Assembly (NCBI GenBank): GCA_001800905.1
Contig: MGWH01000005.1
Span: forward strand, 56,303 to 120,302
Direction of reading: 5' to 3'
Source: Flavobacteria bacterium GWA2_35_26
GTDB lineage: Bacteria > Bacteroidota > Bacteroidia > Flavobacteriales > Flavobacteriaceae
DNA: 64,000 nucleotides
This document shows positions 28,923 to 39,355 of this stretch, one piece after another. The position numbers were made by a program, and so were the translations under genes. The notes under the pieces are model-generated. The model made no database searches, was not told the DNA's origin, and saw only the letters and a list, made by a program, of their open reading frames with translations. Position 1 is the stretch's first letter; each line of letters starts with the position of its first letter.

Positions 28923-29669
28923 TTATTTATTCCAAATGGTCCAAGCTTTCTCTGCTTGAAAAATAAGCATGTCTAATCCGTTTTTAGTTTTGGCACCTTG
29001 AAGCTGCGCTTTTTTTAAAAACTGTGTTTCAGCAGGATTATAGATTAAGTCGTAAGCAATGTGCTTTTTGGTAAAAAATTTGTACGGAATCTCTGGATAA
29101 GCTGCTGTATTTGGGCTAGTTCCAACAGGAGTGGAGTTGATTATAATTTGGTATTCGTCAAAGAGAAGATCAGTGATTTGATTGTAACCTAAAGTAGTTT
29201 CATTGGCTTGTCTTGAAACGAATTGATATTCAATTCCCAATTCTTCTAAGGCAAAAGCCACGCCTTTTGAAGCGCCACCAGTTCCAAGAATTAAGGCTTT
29301 CTTGTGGTGCGATTCCAATAAAGGTTCTAAGGATTTTTGGAAACCATAATAATCAGTATTGTATCCTTTTAGTTTGCCTTTTTTGGTAAATTTAATGGTG
29401 TTAACTGCGCCAATTTTTTGCGCCTTCTTTGATAATTTATCTAGAAAAGGGATTACTTCTTCTTTGTAGGGTATGGTGACATTCATCCCGCTAAGGTGAT
29501 CGTTGTTTTTAATCACGTCTAAGAAAGAGGCGATAGTAGGAATATCAAAATTCTCGTAGGTATATCCTTCTAGATTTTCTTTTTCAAATTTCTCTGTAAA
29601 ATAACCTCTAGAAAACGAATAATTGATATTGCGTCCCAGTAAACCGAAGCGCTTTTGTATAGTTGTCAT
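28923..29669 (-). CDS. aroE: Shikimate dehydrogenase
   Basis: YSFSR, GMNVTIPYKE, IGAVNT, NTDYYGF, LGTGGAS, DLIYNP, NGLDMLIFQA. Confidence 0.93.
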   Translation of the reverse strand: MTTIQKRFGLLGRNINYSFSRGYFTEKFEKENLEGYTYENFDIPTIASFLDVIKNNDHLSGMNVTIPYKEEVIPFLDKLSKKAQKIGAVNTIKFTKKGKLKGYNTDYYGFQKSLEPLLESHHKKALILGTGGASKGVAFALEELGIEYQFVSRQANETTLGYNQITDLLFDEYQIIINSTPVGTSPNTAAYPEIPYKFFTKKHIAYDLIYNPAETQFLKKAQLQGAKTKNGLDMLIFQAEKAWTIWNK

Positions 29670-29671
29670 GC

Positions 29672-31066
29672 TTATTTTTTATGTTTTGCAACGTAGTTTT
29701 GAACTGTTTTTTCTTCCCAAATCATGGGAAATAAATCTTCAATTAAAATGTAATTGTCAAAGTTCAATCGCAAGCCATTACTCAAATGGAATTTTGCTTT
29801 TGTTTTGTCTTGAATCATAAAATACAATCCAGCCAAACGGTATTCAATTTCGTTTTCTTCAGGAAAATATTCAGTAGCTTGTAACAAGGTTTGAATAGCA
29901 CTATCAAACTCACCTAAGAACTGCAAAATATCGACCCAAAACAACCAGGTGTCTAATTGGTAATCACCAAATTCAACTGCTTTACGATACCCAAATTCAG
30001 CTTCTTCAAAGAAATTCATTTGTTTATTAATCGTAGCATAGCGTTTCCAATACAATTGATTTTGGTTGTCAATGGCTAGCGCTTTGTTCACATAAAACAG
30101 TGCTTTTTGGTAGTTATTTTCACGAACGTAAAAGTCGGTAATCGCAATCCAACCTTTATCCAATAATGGGTCTTCGTGTACGGTTTGGTTATAGTATTTA
30201 ATAGCCAAAGCGGTATTACCTAATCGTTCGTGGCATTTACCAATACGAAGTAAAGCATAGGAAGTAGCATCGTCTAATTCGATGGTTCTTTCGTAGCTTT
30301 CAATAGCTTCGGCATACTGTTTTAAACGCTCCAAGGCTTTGGCTTTTTCCATAAAAGCACCCATGAATTCGTCGTCAATTAATGTAGCATAATTGAAAGC
30401 ACGAATGGCATCTTCGTATTCTTTTAAACCATAATGTAAGCGACCCACTTGGTGCCAAGCAATTTCGCTGTATGGATTTTTATCGATGTATTGATTCAAA
30501 TAAGTAATCGCTTCTTTGTTTTGGTCCAAAAACTCAAAACAGTAGACAACATTGTATAAGGCTGATTGATCTTCCAAATCTTCTTCCAAACATTTGATGA
30601 AGCTGTCTTTTGCCATTTCTAAATTGTCCATAAAAAGATATTCCATCCCAATTAAATTATAGACATCGGCATAATCATCGGTATATTGTAGGGCAATTTT
30701 AAGGAGTTCAACTGCTTTTTCGTGTTGATCTCTTTTGGAACAAATATTGGCTTTTTGAATGTAAATTTCTTCGTTGTTCGGCTCAATAGCATACAACTCA
30801 TTTAACATTTTGTCAGCCAAATCCAATTGGTCTTCATACACTAGCATTTCTACTTGAACTAGTTTTAAACCAGTTGATTTTGGATGTTGTTCCAAAGCTA
30901 ATTTAAGCGCCTTTTTGGCCAAAGATGTTTTACCAGAATCAATATAGTGCAGGATGATTTCTTCGAATTCCTCGGAGTCAAAAAACAAGACTTTATTGGT
31001 CTTTAACATCGACTCAAATTTGGAAAGAGATAAGTTGTACTCTTCTTCTTCGTTGCTTAATTGCAT
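29672..31066 (-). CDS. Tetratricopeptide-repeat protein
   Basis: Multiple 34-aa TPR-like units (A..Y..A...D/P patterns). Confidence 0.85.
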   Translation of the reverse strand: MQLSNEEEEYNLSLSKFESMLKTNKVLFFDSEEFEEIILHYIDSGKTSLAKKALKLALEQHPKSTGLKLVQVEMLVYEDQLDLADKMLNELYAIEPNNEEIYIQKANICSKRDQHEKAVELLKIALQYTDDYADVYNLIGMEYLFMDNLEMAKDSFIKCLEEDLEDQSALYNVVYCFEFLDQNKEAITYLNQYIDKNPYSEIAWHQVGRLHYGLKEYEDAIRAFNYATLIDDEFMGAFMEKAKALERLKQYAEAIESYERTIELDDATSYALLRIGKCHERLGNTALAIKYYNQTVHEDPLLDKGWIAITDFYVRENNYQKALFYVNKALAIDNQNQLYWKRYATINKQMNFFEEAEFGYRKAVEFGDYQLDTWLFWVDILQFLGEFDSAIQTLLQATEYFPEENEIEYRLAGLYFMIQDKTKAKFHLSNGLRLNFDNYILIEDLFPMIWEEKTVQNYVAKHKK

Positions 31067-31181
31067 GCTGTTTTGTTTATGATTTTGGCCTAAATAAAAT
31101 TAGGGAAATAGATCCCTGATCGAAGAAAAAGTAATAATTGTTGTGAACAATTTAATTAACAAAAAGCAAGATGAAAATTCG

Positions 31182-32369
31182 CTATTGCTTTTGAATTATT
31201 TCGTCCATAACTTTAAGAATAATGGCGCATCCTTCACGAATTTCTTCTTCAGAAATAGTGAGTGGTGGTGTAATTCGAATGGCACATCCTTCAAAAAGTA
31301 ACCAAAACAAAATCAAGCCTTTGTCTTGACATTTTAAAATTACTTCATTGGTAATTTCTGGGGTTTTGGTCATCGCAGCCAACATTAATCCTTTTCCTCT
31401 AACTTCTTCAATTAAAGGATGGACTAAGAGCGATCTAAAGAGTTTTTCTTTGGCTATAGCCTCCGCCATCAACGTAGTTTCAGTAATTTCTTTTAAGGTA
31501 GCCAAACAGGCTGCCGCTATGACTGGATGTCCTCCAAAAGTAGTAATATGTCCTAGTTTTGGATTATGACTTAACAAATCCATCATGGCTGAAGATGCAG
31601 TAAAAGCGCCCACAGGCATTCCGCCTCCCATGCCTTTTCCCATCACGACTACGTCAGGAACAACATCGTAATTTTGGAAGCCAAAAAGTTTTCCAGTGCG
31701 TCCAAAACCCGGTTGGATTTCGTCTAATATCATTATTGCACCAACTTCGTCGCAACGTTGTCGTACTTTTTTCAAAAAATCATTTTCGGGTTGGATAAAT
31801 CCTGCCCCACCTTGAATGGTTTCTAGTAATATACCGGCTGTTTTTGTTGTAATTTTTTCTAAATCTGCTTCGTTGTTGAACGTAATGAATTCAACATCTG
31901 GAATTAAAGGGCGAAAAACTTGCTTGCGTTCTTCAAAACCCATCACACTTAACGATCCCATCGTGTTGCCATGATAGGAATTGTGACAAGAAATCAATTG
32001 GCTACGACCCGTAACACGGCGCGCTAATTTTAAGGCTCCCTCAATCGCTTCGGTACCCGAATTAACTAAATAGGTTTTGTCTAAAGGAGCGGGCAGGAGC
32101 GAAGCCATTAATTTGCAGTATTCTACTGCAGGACTTTGCGAATACTCACCATACACCATGACATGCGAATACAAATCCAATTGGTCTTTAATGGCTTGAT
32201 TCACTCTAGGATGTTGATGTCCTAATGCACAAGCCGAAACACCGGCTACAAAATCCAAATAACGATTGTTATTGGTGTCGTAAATGTATGATCCTACAGC
32301 ATGCGATACCTCCATTCCTAGAGGGTATGGAGAGGTCTGTGCTTGGTATTGTATAAAATCGGTATTCAC
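31182..32369 (-). CDS. Class III PLP aminotransferase (ArgD/ornithine aminotransferase-like)
   Basis: YLDFVAG, NSGTEAIEGA, SYHGNTMG, ETIQGGAG, DEIQPGFGRTG, VMGKGMGGG, TTFGGHP. Confidence 0.9.
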   Translation of the reverse strand: MNTDFIQYQAQTSPYPLGMEVSHAVGSYIYDTNNNRYLDFVAGVSACALGHQHPRVNQAIKDQLDLYSHVMVYGEYSQSPAVEYCKLMASLLPAPLDKTYLVNSGTEAIEGALKLARRVTGRSQLISCHNSYHGNTMGSLSVMGFEERKQVFRPLIPDVEFITFNNEADLEKITTKTAGILLETIQGGAGFIQPENDFLKKVRQRCDEVGAIMILDEIQPGFGRTGKLFGFQNYDVVPDVVVMGKGMGGGMPVGAFTASSAMMDLLSHNPKLGHITTFGGHPVIAAACLATLKEITETTLMAEAIAKEKLFRSLLVHPLIEEVRGKGLMLAAMTKTPEITNEVILKCQDKGLILFWLLFEGCAIRITPPLTISEEEIREGCAIILKVMDEIIQKQ

Positions 32370-32408
32370 TTTATTTTTTATTGAAATTGAATTTTGCTAT
32401 TTCTTCTT

Positions 32409-34025
32409 TTATTTATCGTAGTCCAAAGTTTCCTTTCGTACTTTCATTGGTACATTTTTCTTGTCTTTTTGTGCTTTGGCTTGTTTGGCTATTTTTTCAT
32501 TATCCTGATTTTCTTCGGGTGGAAAGATGTCGTCTTTAGAAAGAATTCGTTCCTCTTCACGCCAAATAAAGCCTTTTAATTTTCTGTCATTTTCGGGTAA
32601 ATCCTTTTCAGGAAATAAATCGCCATCCACTTGCTTAAAAAAGGTAATTTCATCTACCTCGTTTTTATTAAACAAAATATTGATTTTACTGCTTTTATTT
32701 TTGTTGATGCCAATGAGTTCCTTCGCATCATTTCGCATATAATAAATGACTTCGGTGTTTTTGATGATATCCACATCGTGCAGTTTTCCTTCAATCAATT
32801 TACCCAAGAGATTATGTCCTTTAATTTGATTATACCCTGTTCCGAGAGTATCTTTTGAGACGAGAAAGGTGTTGTTCAATACTTTGAGCGAGTCTAATTT
32901 CTGTGTCGTGTTGTTGCCAATAAGATGCATGATGTCACCTGTTATTTGGCTTTGACCGTTCCAAAGAATGGGTTTTCCAATTAATTTGGTTAACGCAATT
33001 TTGGAACTGGAATGAATGGAATCACATTTGCCACTCATGTCTTTTTTGAAAAAACGCACATTATTAAACGCGCGAATAATTCGATTGCCCTCTTTTCCAG
33101 TTACCATTAATTTTTTTCCATGAATGTAAACTGAATCATTTTCGACAAAGTTGATGGCAACGGCTCTTTTGGTTACAAAAAGGGAATCTTTTTTCTTGTA
33201 CATTTCGGCATAATGGCCTTTTATTATACCACGATTAATGGAATCGGTAATTTTTACATTGCGAGATGCTGTAGCAAATTCTTTGTTTCGATCGTAATAC
33301 AAACTGTCGCCACGTATGATTCTATCATCGTATTTGATATAAGATTTATTCAAAAAATGCGCTTTGTTTTTCTTAGTGTCATAAAAGCCTTTTTCAGTGT
33401 AAATATAATTGGCTTTACTGGTAATGGTTGATGGTCCCAATAAATACGAGTGCCCCGAATTACTGTAGTAATCCAAATGATTGGACTTGATCACATAAGT
33501 AGGATTAGTGATGGTTACTTCAGTTAGAAACTGGAATTTTTTTTGAGGCACAAAGTATTTTCCAGATTTACTTACTAAAGTATTTTGTAGGTTGGTTATC
33601 GTGCCTTTAGTTTTGTAAAAAACCTCTTGAGTGTTTCGATCAAAATTAATAGTATCAGTTACCAAAGTTGCTTCGGGCGAACTCATTACGGCATCGCCAG
33701 TAGCAAATGCTTTTTTGACATTGCCACTGTATTCAGCATATTTGCTATTCAAAAATAAAGTATCACCTTGTACTAATTGGACATTACCAAAAGCTTTGAT
33801 GTAATTTTCTTTTTGAAAATAGTAGGCTTTGTTACAGGTTAAAACCACGCCGTCATGGTTGACACGCACATTGCCTGTTAGTAAAAAAGCATCTGGGATT
33901 TCTACTTGGTTCACATCAGCAAAATCAGAATGTTCTACGATGATTTTTTTAGGAGCCTGTCCCAATACTTTTGGTACCACTACTAAAAACAAAGCAAAAA
34001 AGAATACAATTTGGATTTTTTTCAA
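32409..34025 (-). CDS. OstA/LptA-like beta-jellyroll protein (LPS transport related)
   Basis: Signal peptide; LTGNVRVNHDG, GNVQLVQGDT and repeated beta-strand units. Confidence 0.75.
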   Translation of the reverse strand: MKKIQIVFFFALFLVVVPKVLGQAPKKIIVEHSDFADVNQVEIPDAFLLTGNVRVNHDGVVLTCNKAYYFQKENYIKAFGNVQLVQGDTLFLNSKYAEYSGNVKKAFATGDAVMSSPEATLVTDTINFDRNTQEVFYKTKGTITNLQNTLVSKSGKYFVPQKKFQFLTEVTITNPTYVIKSNHLDYYSNSGHSYLLGPSTITSKANYIYTEKGFYDTKKNKAHFLNKSYIKYDDRIIRGDSLYYDRNKEFATASRNVKITDSINRGIIKGHYAEMYKKKDSLFVTKRAVAINFVENDSVYIHGKKLMVTGKEGNRIIRAFNNVRFFKKDMSGKCDSIHSSSKIALTKLIGKPILWNGQSQITGDIMHLIGNNTTQKLDSLKVLNNTFLVSKDTLGTGYNQIKGHNLLGKLIEGKLHDVDIIKNTEVIYYMRNDAKELIGINKNKSSKINILFNKNEVDEITFFKQVDGDLFPEKDLPENDRKLKGFIWREEERILSKDDIFPPEENQDNEKIAKQAKAQKDKKNVPMKVRKETLDYDK

Positions 34026-34187
34026 GTCTAAATATTTTGGGTATAAAATTAATCAAATTGTATGAAGAGCAAGTGGATTTAATAAATAATTATAAAGCAT
34101 TTAATAGGTTTACATATTGATTCGATTTCAAAACTTGACTATACTTAAAATAATTTATATTTGTTCTTCTTTTCAATATAGAATTTT

Positions 34188-36050
34188 ATGAAATCACTTT
34201 TTCTTTCGGTTACTCTTTTTACTACTTTTTTTGCTGTAGCTCAGTCGAATACGGCTAATAAACAGAATTCAATCACTACGAATACACAACATAAAGCAGT
34301 TGTATATCAGGTTTTTACACGTTTATTTGGAAATACAAATACCACTAACAAACCTTGGGGAACAATCGAAGAAAATGGAGTTGGAAAGTTCAATGATTTT
34401 ACTGACAAAGCCTTGAAGGAAATTAAAGATTTAGGGGTAAGTCATATCTGGTATACAGGAGTTCCACATCATGCAGTTATTCGAGATTATACGCAATTTG
34501 GAATTTCAAATGATGATCCCGAAGTGGTGAAAGGAAGAGCGGGTTCGCCATATGCCGTAAAAGATTATTATAATGTGAATCCCGATTTGGCAGTAAATCC
34601 GGCCAATCGATTGCAAGAATTTGAAGACTTGATAGCACGTACACACAAAGCAGGCTTAAAGTTAATCATAGATATCGTGCCTAATCATGTGGCACGAAAA
34701 TATGAAGGAAAGAATAATCCAAATGGAGTGAGAGACTTTGGTGCGGATGATGATGTTAGCTTAGAGTATCATAGAGATAATAATTTCTATTACATTCCCA
34801 ATACTCGTTTTGAAATTCCTGAGGGAATTACTCCTTTGAATGGAGAACCGAATCCATTGATTGATGGTAAATTTGATGAATTTCCAGCTAAATGGACTGG
34901 TAATGGCTCTCGTTTGGCTCAACCAGACAAAAACGATTGGTATGAAACGGTTAAAGTAAATTATGGTGTTCGTCCTGATGGAACTAAAGATTTCGCTTCT
35001 CTACCGTCAGGTTTTGAAACCAAAAGTTGTCAAGAACATTTCGATTTTTGGAAAGATAAAGAAGTACCGAGTTCTTGGAAAAAATTCCGAGCTATTGCAG
35101 AATATTGGTTGGCCATAGGAGTTGATGGTTTTCGATACGATATGGCCGAAATGGTGCCCTATGAGTTTTGGAGCTACATGAATTCAGCAATTAAAGTACA
35201 AAGACCGGATGCTTTTTTATTGGCAGAAGTTTACAATCCCAAAGAATACAGAAATTACATTCGTTTAGGTAAAATGGATTATTTGTATGACAAAGTGGAA
35301 TTGTATGACAAGTTGAAAGAAATTGTAAAAGGCAGAAGTAATACAGATCCCATTACGGGTATTCAAAAAGGATTGTCTGATATTGAGCACCATATGTTAC
35401 ATTTCTTGGACAATCATGACGAACAGCGTTTAGCTAGTCCAGAATTTGCAGGTTCGGCTGAAAATGGAAAACCTTTGATGGTAGTTTCGGCTACTATAAG
35501 TACTTCACCAACAATGATTTATTTTGGTCAAGAAGTAGGAGAGGCAGGAAACGAAAACGGTGGTTTTGGTTCCCATTCTAGAACATCCATCTTTGATTAT
35601 GTAGGTGTTCCCAATCACCAACGTTGGATGAACAATGGCAAATTTGACGGTGGTAAATTAACTCCTTCAGAGAAATCGTTGCGTGACTTCTACAAAAGAG
35701 TATTGAATTTTACTTTGAAGAGTTCTGCATTAGTAGGCGATTTTAAAGAAATACATTCCGCAAATACTACTATTACTGGCGGATATTTACCAGAAGTGTA
35801 TTCGTTTGTACGTTGGTCAGATAACCAAAAATTAATTGTAGTCGCTAATTTTTCTTCATCAAAAAAGAGCCGATTCGAATTAATAATTCCAAAGGATATT
35901 GTTCAAAAATGGCATTTGAAAAATGGTAAATACAGAATCGTTGATCAATTGTATCAAAATAGCCAATTAACTTTAAAGGTTATCAATGGTGAAGGAAAAG
36001 TAATTATTGATTTGAAACCTTCAGAATCTTTTGTGTACCAATTACAGTAA
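34188..36050 (+). CDS. Secreted GH13 alpha-amylase-family glycosidase
   Basis: Signal peptide; DIVPNH, GFRYDMAE (nucleophile Asp), LAEVY (acid/base Glu), FLDNHDE; TATATTTG -7 element at 34156-34163. Confidence 0.9.
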   Translation: MKSLFLSVTLFTTFFAVAQSNTANKQNSITTNTQHKAVVYQVFTRLFGNTNTTNKPWGTIEENGVGKFNDFTDKALKEIKDLGVSHIWYTGVPHHAVIRDYTQFGISNDDPEVVKGRAGSPYAVKDYYNVNPDLAVNPANRLQEFEDLIARTHKAGLKLIIDIVPNHVARKYEGKNNPNGVRDFGADDDVSLEYHRDNNFYYIPNTRFEIPEGITPLNGEPNPLIDGKFDEFPAKWTGNGSRLAQPDKNDWYETVKVNYGVRPDGTKDFASLPSGFETKSCQEHFDFWKDKEVPSSWKKFRAIAEYWLAIGVDGFRYDMAEMVPYEFWSYMNSAIKVQRPDAFLLAEVYNPKEYRNYIRLGKMDYLYDKVELYDKLKEIVKGRSNTDPITGIQKGLSDIEHHMLHFLDNHDEQRLASPEFAGSAENGKPLMVVSATISTSPTMIYFGQEVGEAGNENGGFGSHSRTSIFDYVGVPNHQRWMNNGKFDGGKLTPSEKSLRDFYKRVLNFTLKSSALVGDFKEIHSANTTITGGYLPEVYSFVRWSDNQKLIVVANFSSSKKSRFELIIPKDIVQKWHLKNGKYRIVDQLYQNSQLTLKVINGEGKVIIDLKPSESFVYQLQ

Positions 36051-36060
36051 AATTAAAGCA

Positions 36061-36831
36061 CTATTGGGCAATAGCTTCTTCGTAATTTTCTTCTACTTTT
36101 CTCCAGTTGATGACATTAAAGAAAGCGTCAATGTAGTTTTTTCGTTTGTATTGGTAATCCAAATAATAGGCGTGTTCCCAAACGTCTAACGCTAAAATAG
36201 GTTTTCCTTGTACTTTAGCATTTCGCATGAGCGGATTATCCTGATTGGCTGTACTAGTAATTTGTAATTTTCCAGAACGATCTACAATTAACCACACCCA
36301 ACCTGAGCCAAACAATTTGGTCGCTTCGCCTTTAAATTGAGTTGTAAAATTATCAAATGATTCGAAATCTTTTACGATTGCAGATGCCAATGAATCTTTT
36401 GGTTGGCCAGCTGATTTTGCACCAATACATTCAAAATATAAGGAATGATTGTAATAGCCACCGGCATTGTTTTTTTGTTCTTCAATACTGGTATCCAATT
36501 GCGCTAATACTTCCTCTATAGTCAGGTTTTCAAGGTTAGTACCAGTAATTGCTTCGTTCAATTTGTTAGTATACGATAAATAATGTTTAGAATAATGATT
36601 TTCTAAAGTAATTGCGGAGAGTTGGGGTGCCATAGCATCATATCCAAAGGCTAATTTTTCCAATTGAAATGAACCGTCGTTTGCTTTCACATCATCTGGC
36701 ATTCCCATGGTAATTTTTTCTTCTGCACTAGGCAATGGAACTTCGACTACTTCGGTTAATTTTTTCTTGTTGCAAGAGAATAAAATAAAAAAGAATGCTA
36801 CATAAATAACTTTAGAAAAGTGCTTTTTCAT
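36061..36831 (-). CDS. Fe/Mn superoxide dismutase, lipoprotein (Mn-type signature)
   Basis: Lipobox LFSC; HYSKH, NAGGYYNH, FGSGWVWL, STANQDNP, DVWEHAYY. Confidence 0.9.
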   Translation of the reverse strand: MKKHFSKVIYVAFFFILFSCNKKKLTEVVEVPLPSAEEKITMGMPDDVKANDGSFQLEKLAFGYDAMAPQLSAITLENHYSKHYLSYTNKLNEAITGTNLENLTIEEVLAQLDTSIEEQKNNAGGYYNHSLYFECIGAKSAGQPKDSLASAIVKDFESFDNFTTQFKGEATKLFGSGWVWLIVDRSGKLQITSTANQDNPLMRNAKVQGKPILALDVWEHAYYLDYQYKRKNYIDAFFNVINWRKVEENYEEAIAQ

Positions 36832-36838
36832 GACTTGT

Positions 36839-37108
36839 TTATTTTTTCAATAAAGAATTGATAATTTGGATATACTGTTCTTTGGATTCTTCAATGGAAT
36901 AATGACTGATTTGCATCCAAGCGTTGGTTTTAAAAGCATTTCGCAAATCAAAATTTTCAGATTGGTTGTATTCTGCTGAACCAAAGGTAGCTTGCTTATA
37001 AAACGCATACAAACGCAATTGTACATCTTGTGGTAAAGAGGCTTGCGTCATTTTTGAAGCGGCTGCAACAGCTTCTTCAAATCGTTTATCTAAATCGGTT
37101 TCAATCAT
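36839..37108 (-). CDS. Acyl-CoA-binding protein (ACBP domain)
   Basis: LRLYAFYKQAT, KTNAW...SIEESKEQYI match the ACBP four-helix signature. Confidence 0.85.
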   Translation of the reverse strand: MIETDLDKRFEEAVAAASKMTQASLPQDVQLRLYAFYKQATFGSAEYNQSENFDLRNAFKTNAWMQISHYSIEESKEQYIQIINSLLKK

Positions 37109-37761
37109 TACGCTTTGGTTGCAATAACTGTTTTTCCGCCAATGGCTTTTTGATTTAACACAACATTAATTGGAGTACCCAAAGGTAAAAATAAATCCAC
37201 TCTAGATCCAAATTTTATAAATCCAGCATCCGTTCCTTGAATTACTTGCATACCTTCTGTAGCATAGTTTACAATTCGCTTCGCCAAAGCACCAGCAATT
37301 TGTCTGTATAAAACTTCACCGAAAGATTTATTTTCTACAACAATAGTAGTCCTTTCATTTTCTTCGCTTGCTTTTGGATGCCAAGCAACTAGAAATTTGC
37401 CTGGATGGTATTTGCTAAATTTAACTACACCTCCCATAGGATAACGAGTGACATGCACGTTAATAGGCGACATGAAAATAGAAACTTGTAAACGTTTGTC
37501 TTTGAAGTATTCCCCTTCGTACACTTCTTCAATAACGACTACTTTTCCATCTACAGGAGATAAAATTTCATCTTCATTTAAGATAAACGTACGTTTTGGA
37601 TTTCTAAAAAATTGAAGAATAATTATTAAAAAAAGGATGGCTATGATTTTGATTGTCATCTTGATCCAGTCAGTATCGATTAAGCTATCACTTGCTAAAA
37701 CAACAATGGCGGTAATGAATGTACCTAATAAAATTGACGGGGTTCCTTCTTTATGAAACAT
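37108..37761 (-). CDS. psd: Phosphatidylserine decarboxylase proenzyme
   Basis: FFRNPKR, SPVDGKV, IFMSPINVH, ENER, GFIKFGSRVD (GS cleavage site); start MFHKEG at 37761. Confidence 0.93.
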   Translation of the reverse strand: MFHKEGTPSILLGTFITAIVVLASDSLIDTDWIKMTIKIIAILFLIIILQFFRNPKRTFILNEDEILSPVDGKVVVIEEVYEGEYFKDKRLQVSIFMSPINVHVTRYPMGGVVKFSKYHPGKFLVAWHPKASEENERTTIVVENKSFGEVLYRQIAGALAKRIVNYATEGMQVIQGTDAGFIKFGSRVDLFLPLGTPINVVLNQKAIGGKTVIATKA

Positions 37762-38641
37762 AGGATAAAATTTGATAAAATAAATATACAATTGGTGCTA
37801 CAAATATAACACTATCTAGACGATCTAGAATGCCTCCATGTCCGGGCATTATTTTTCCGCTGTCTTTTACTTCAGCAATTCGTTTGAATTTGGATTCAAT
37901 TAAGTCGCCAATAGTTCCAAAAACGCCTACTATCAATGCAATCATTGTCCAGATTAGAATTGAAGTATCACTAAAATTGGGATTGGGTTTGATGTAAAGT
38001 TTTGAAATCAAATAACCAGCAAAAATTGCGAATGCTACACCGCCTAAAAATCCTTCAATAGTTTTTTTAGGGGAAATACGTTCGTATAATTTGTGCTTTC
38101 CAATTGACTTTCCTACCAAATATGCAAAAGTGTCATTGGTCCAAATTAAAATAAAAAGGCCTATGATAATTTTAGGATTGTAATCATTTATTCCGAATGA
38201 GATTTTCACAATAAAGATGAAAGGTAAAAGGATGTATCCAACTAAATACAAATATTTCCAAATAGGAAAAACTATTTGTTCTTTATTGTCAAATAAGAAA
38301 ATCAAACATTTTATAAAAATCAACAAACAAATAGCTAAAAGTACTAGGTTTAGTTGGTCAATATCAATACCGAGTTGGATGGGTTGTTCTCGAAGATTAG
38401 AAAGGTAATTGTCAGTTTCTGTTTTGTAATAACTCAACAGGCTAATTGCTGTATATGAAAGCGATACGAGCGATAGCGGTAAAATTTTGTTTATCTTAAC
38501 TAAGTTGCAAAACTCAAATGTTGCAATGACTAAAAAAATTCCAAATAGTAGAATGAAACTTTCAGTAGAGTAAAGGATAGAGAATAATAAAAGTGTAATG
38601 TAAACTACACCAGAAATTAATCTTTTGAGCGTTTCATTCAT
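37751..38641 (-). CDS. cdsA: Phosphatidate cytidylyltransferase
   Basis: WTNDTFAY, SPKKTIEG, GDLIESKFKR..VKDSG.IMPGHGGILDRLDS. Confidence 0.95.
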   Translation of the reverse strand: MNETLKRLISGVVYITLLLFSILYSTESFILLFGIFLVIATFEFCNLVKINKILPLSLVSLSYTAISLLSYYKTETDNYLSNLREQPIQLGIDIDQLNLVLLAICLLIFIKCLIFLFDNKEQIVFPIWKYLYLVGYILLPFIFIVKISFGINDYNPKIIIGLFILIWTNDTFAYLVGKSIGKHKLYERISPKKTIEGFLGGVAFAIFAGYLISKLYIKPNPNFSDTSILIWTMIALIVGVFGTIGDLIESKFKRIAEVKDSGKIMPGHGGILDRLDSVIFVAPIVYLFYQILSYVS

Positions 38642-38642
38642 T

Positions 38643-39245
38643 TTAAAGATCTTCTAAAAGCAATAAATATAAATTCTTAGCAGAACTTCCGTATTGAGTG
38701 AAGTCTTCTTCTTTTGCTTTTTCGAAATATTTAATGGTAGTAATATTGGTAGGATAGTCTCTCTCGTATTTCTTTTTTATAGCACTAAGACCATCACTTT
38801 TAGCCCCAAGAATTTGACTTGTGGTTGCAATAACTATAATGTTTACAGGTAATTCGAATGGTTTTAATTGTTTGATTTGTTTAGAAGAAAATAAAATAGA
38901 ACCTTCTTCAGCAATTAAATTTTCGCAACTAGCCAATAAAAAAGCAGGGTTTGTTGGTTTGTCAAAAGGTAGTTTGTTTTCTTCTAATAATTCAAAAAGA
39001 GTAGGATCAAAACATAAAACTTCATTTTCAAACCAATCGTTTTCTTCCAGTATATTTTCAAATTGCTCGCTTATCTCTTTTTTGTTCTCACAGTAGATAA
39101 ATTTTCCGCCATTCTTTTTAAAATGATATATAAAAGCTTCATCAACAGCCATAGTTACTTCTGGAAGAAATTGGCTTTGCTCATTATCTTTATCTTCGTC
39201 AGATGCCGATTTATATGAACTGAAAAGTTTTTTAAAAAGACTCAT
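38643..39245 (-). CDS. LUD-domain-like protein
   Basis: FKKNGGKF, CENLIAEEGSILF pattern; TATCTTTG -7 element at 39285-39292. Confidence 0.65.
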   Translation of the reverse strand: MSLFKKLFSSYKSASDEDKDNEQSQFLPEVTMAVDEAFIYHFKKNGGKFIYCENKKEISEQFENILEENDWFENEVLCFDPTLFELLEENKLPFDKPTNPAFLLASCENLIAEEGSILFSSKQIKQLKPFELPVNIIVIATTSQILGAKSDGLSAIKKKYERDYPTNITTIKYFEKAKEEDFTQYGSSAKNLYLLLLEDL

Positions 39246-39294
39246 ATTCTATTTGAACTACTTAAAATATTGTTTGAAAACGTTCAAAGATAAA

Positions 39295-39333
39295 AAAATC
39301 TTAATTCAAAAGTGTTTTTTGAATTAAGATTTT
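39295..39333 (-). terminator. Hairpin after ftsH
   Basis: Perfect 17-bp inverted repeat AAAATCTTAATTCAAAA-gtgtt-TTTTGAATTAAGATTTT. Confidence 0.7.
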
Positions 39334-39355
39334 AATAATTATTACTTTTTTAAAG

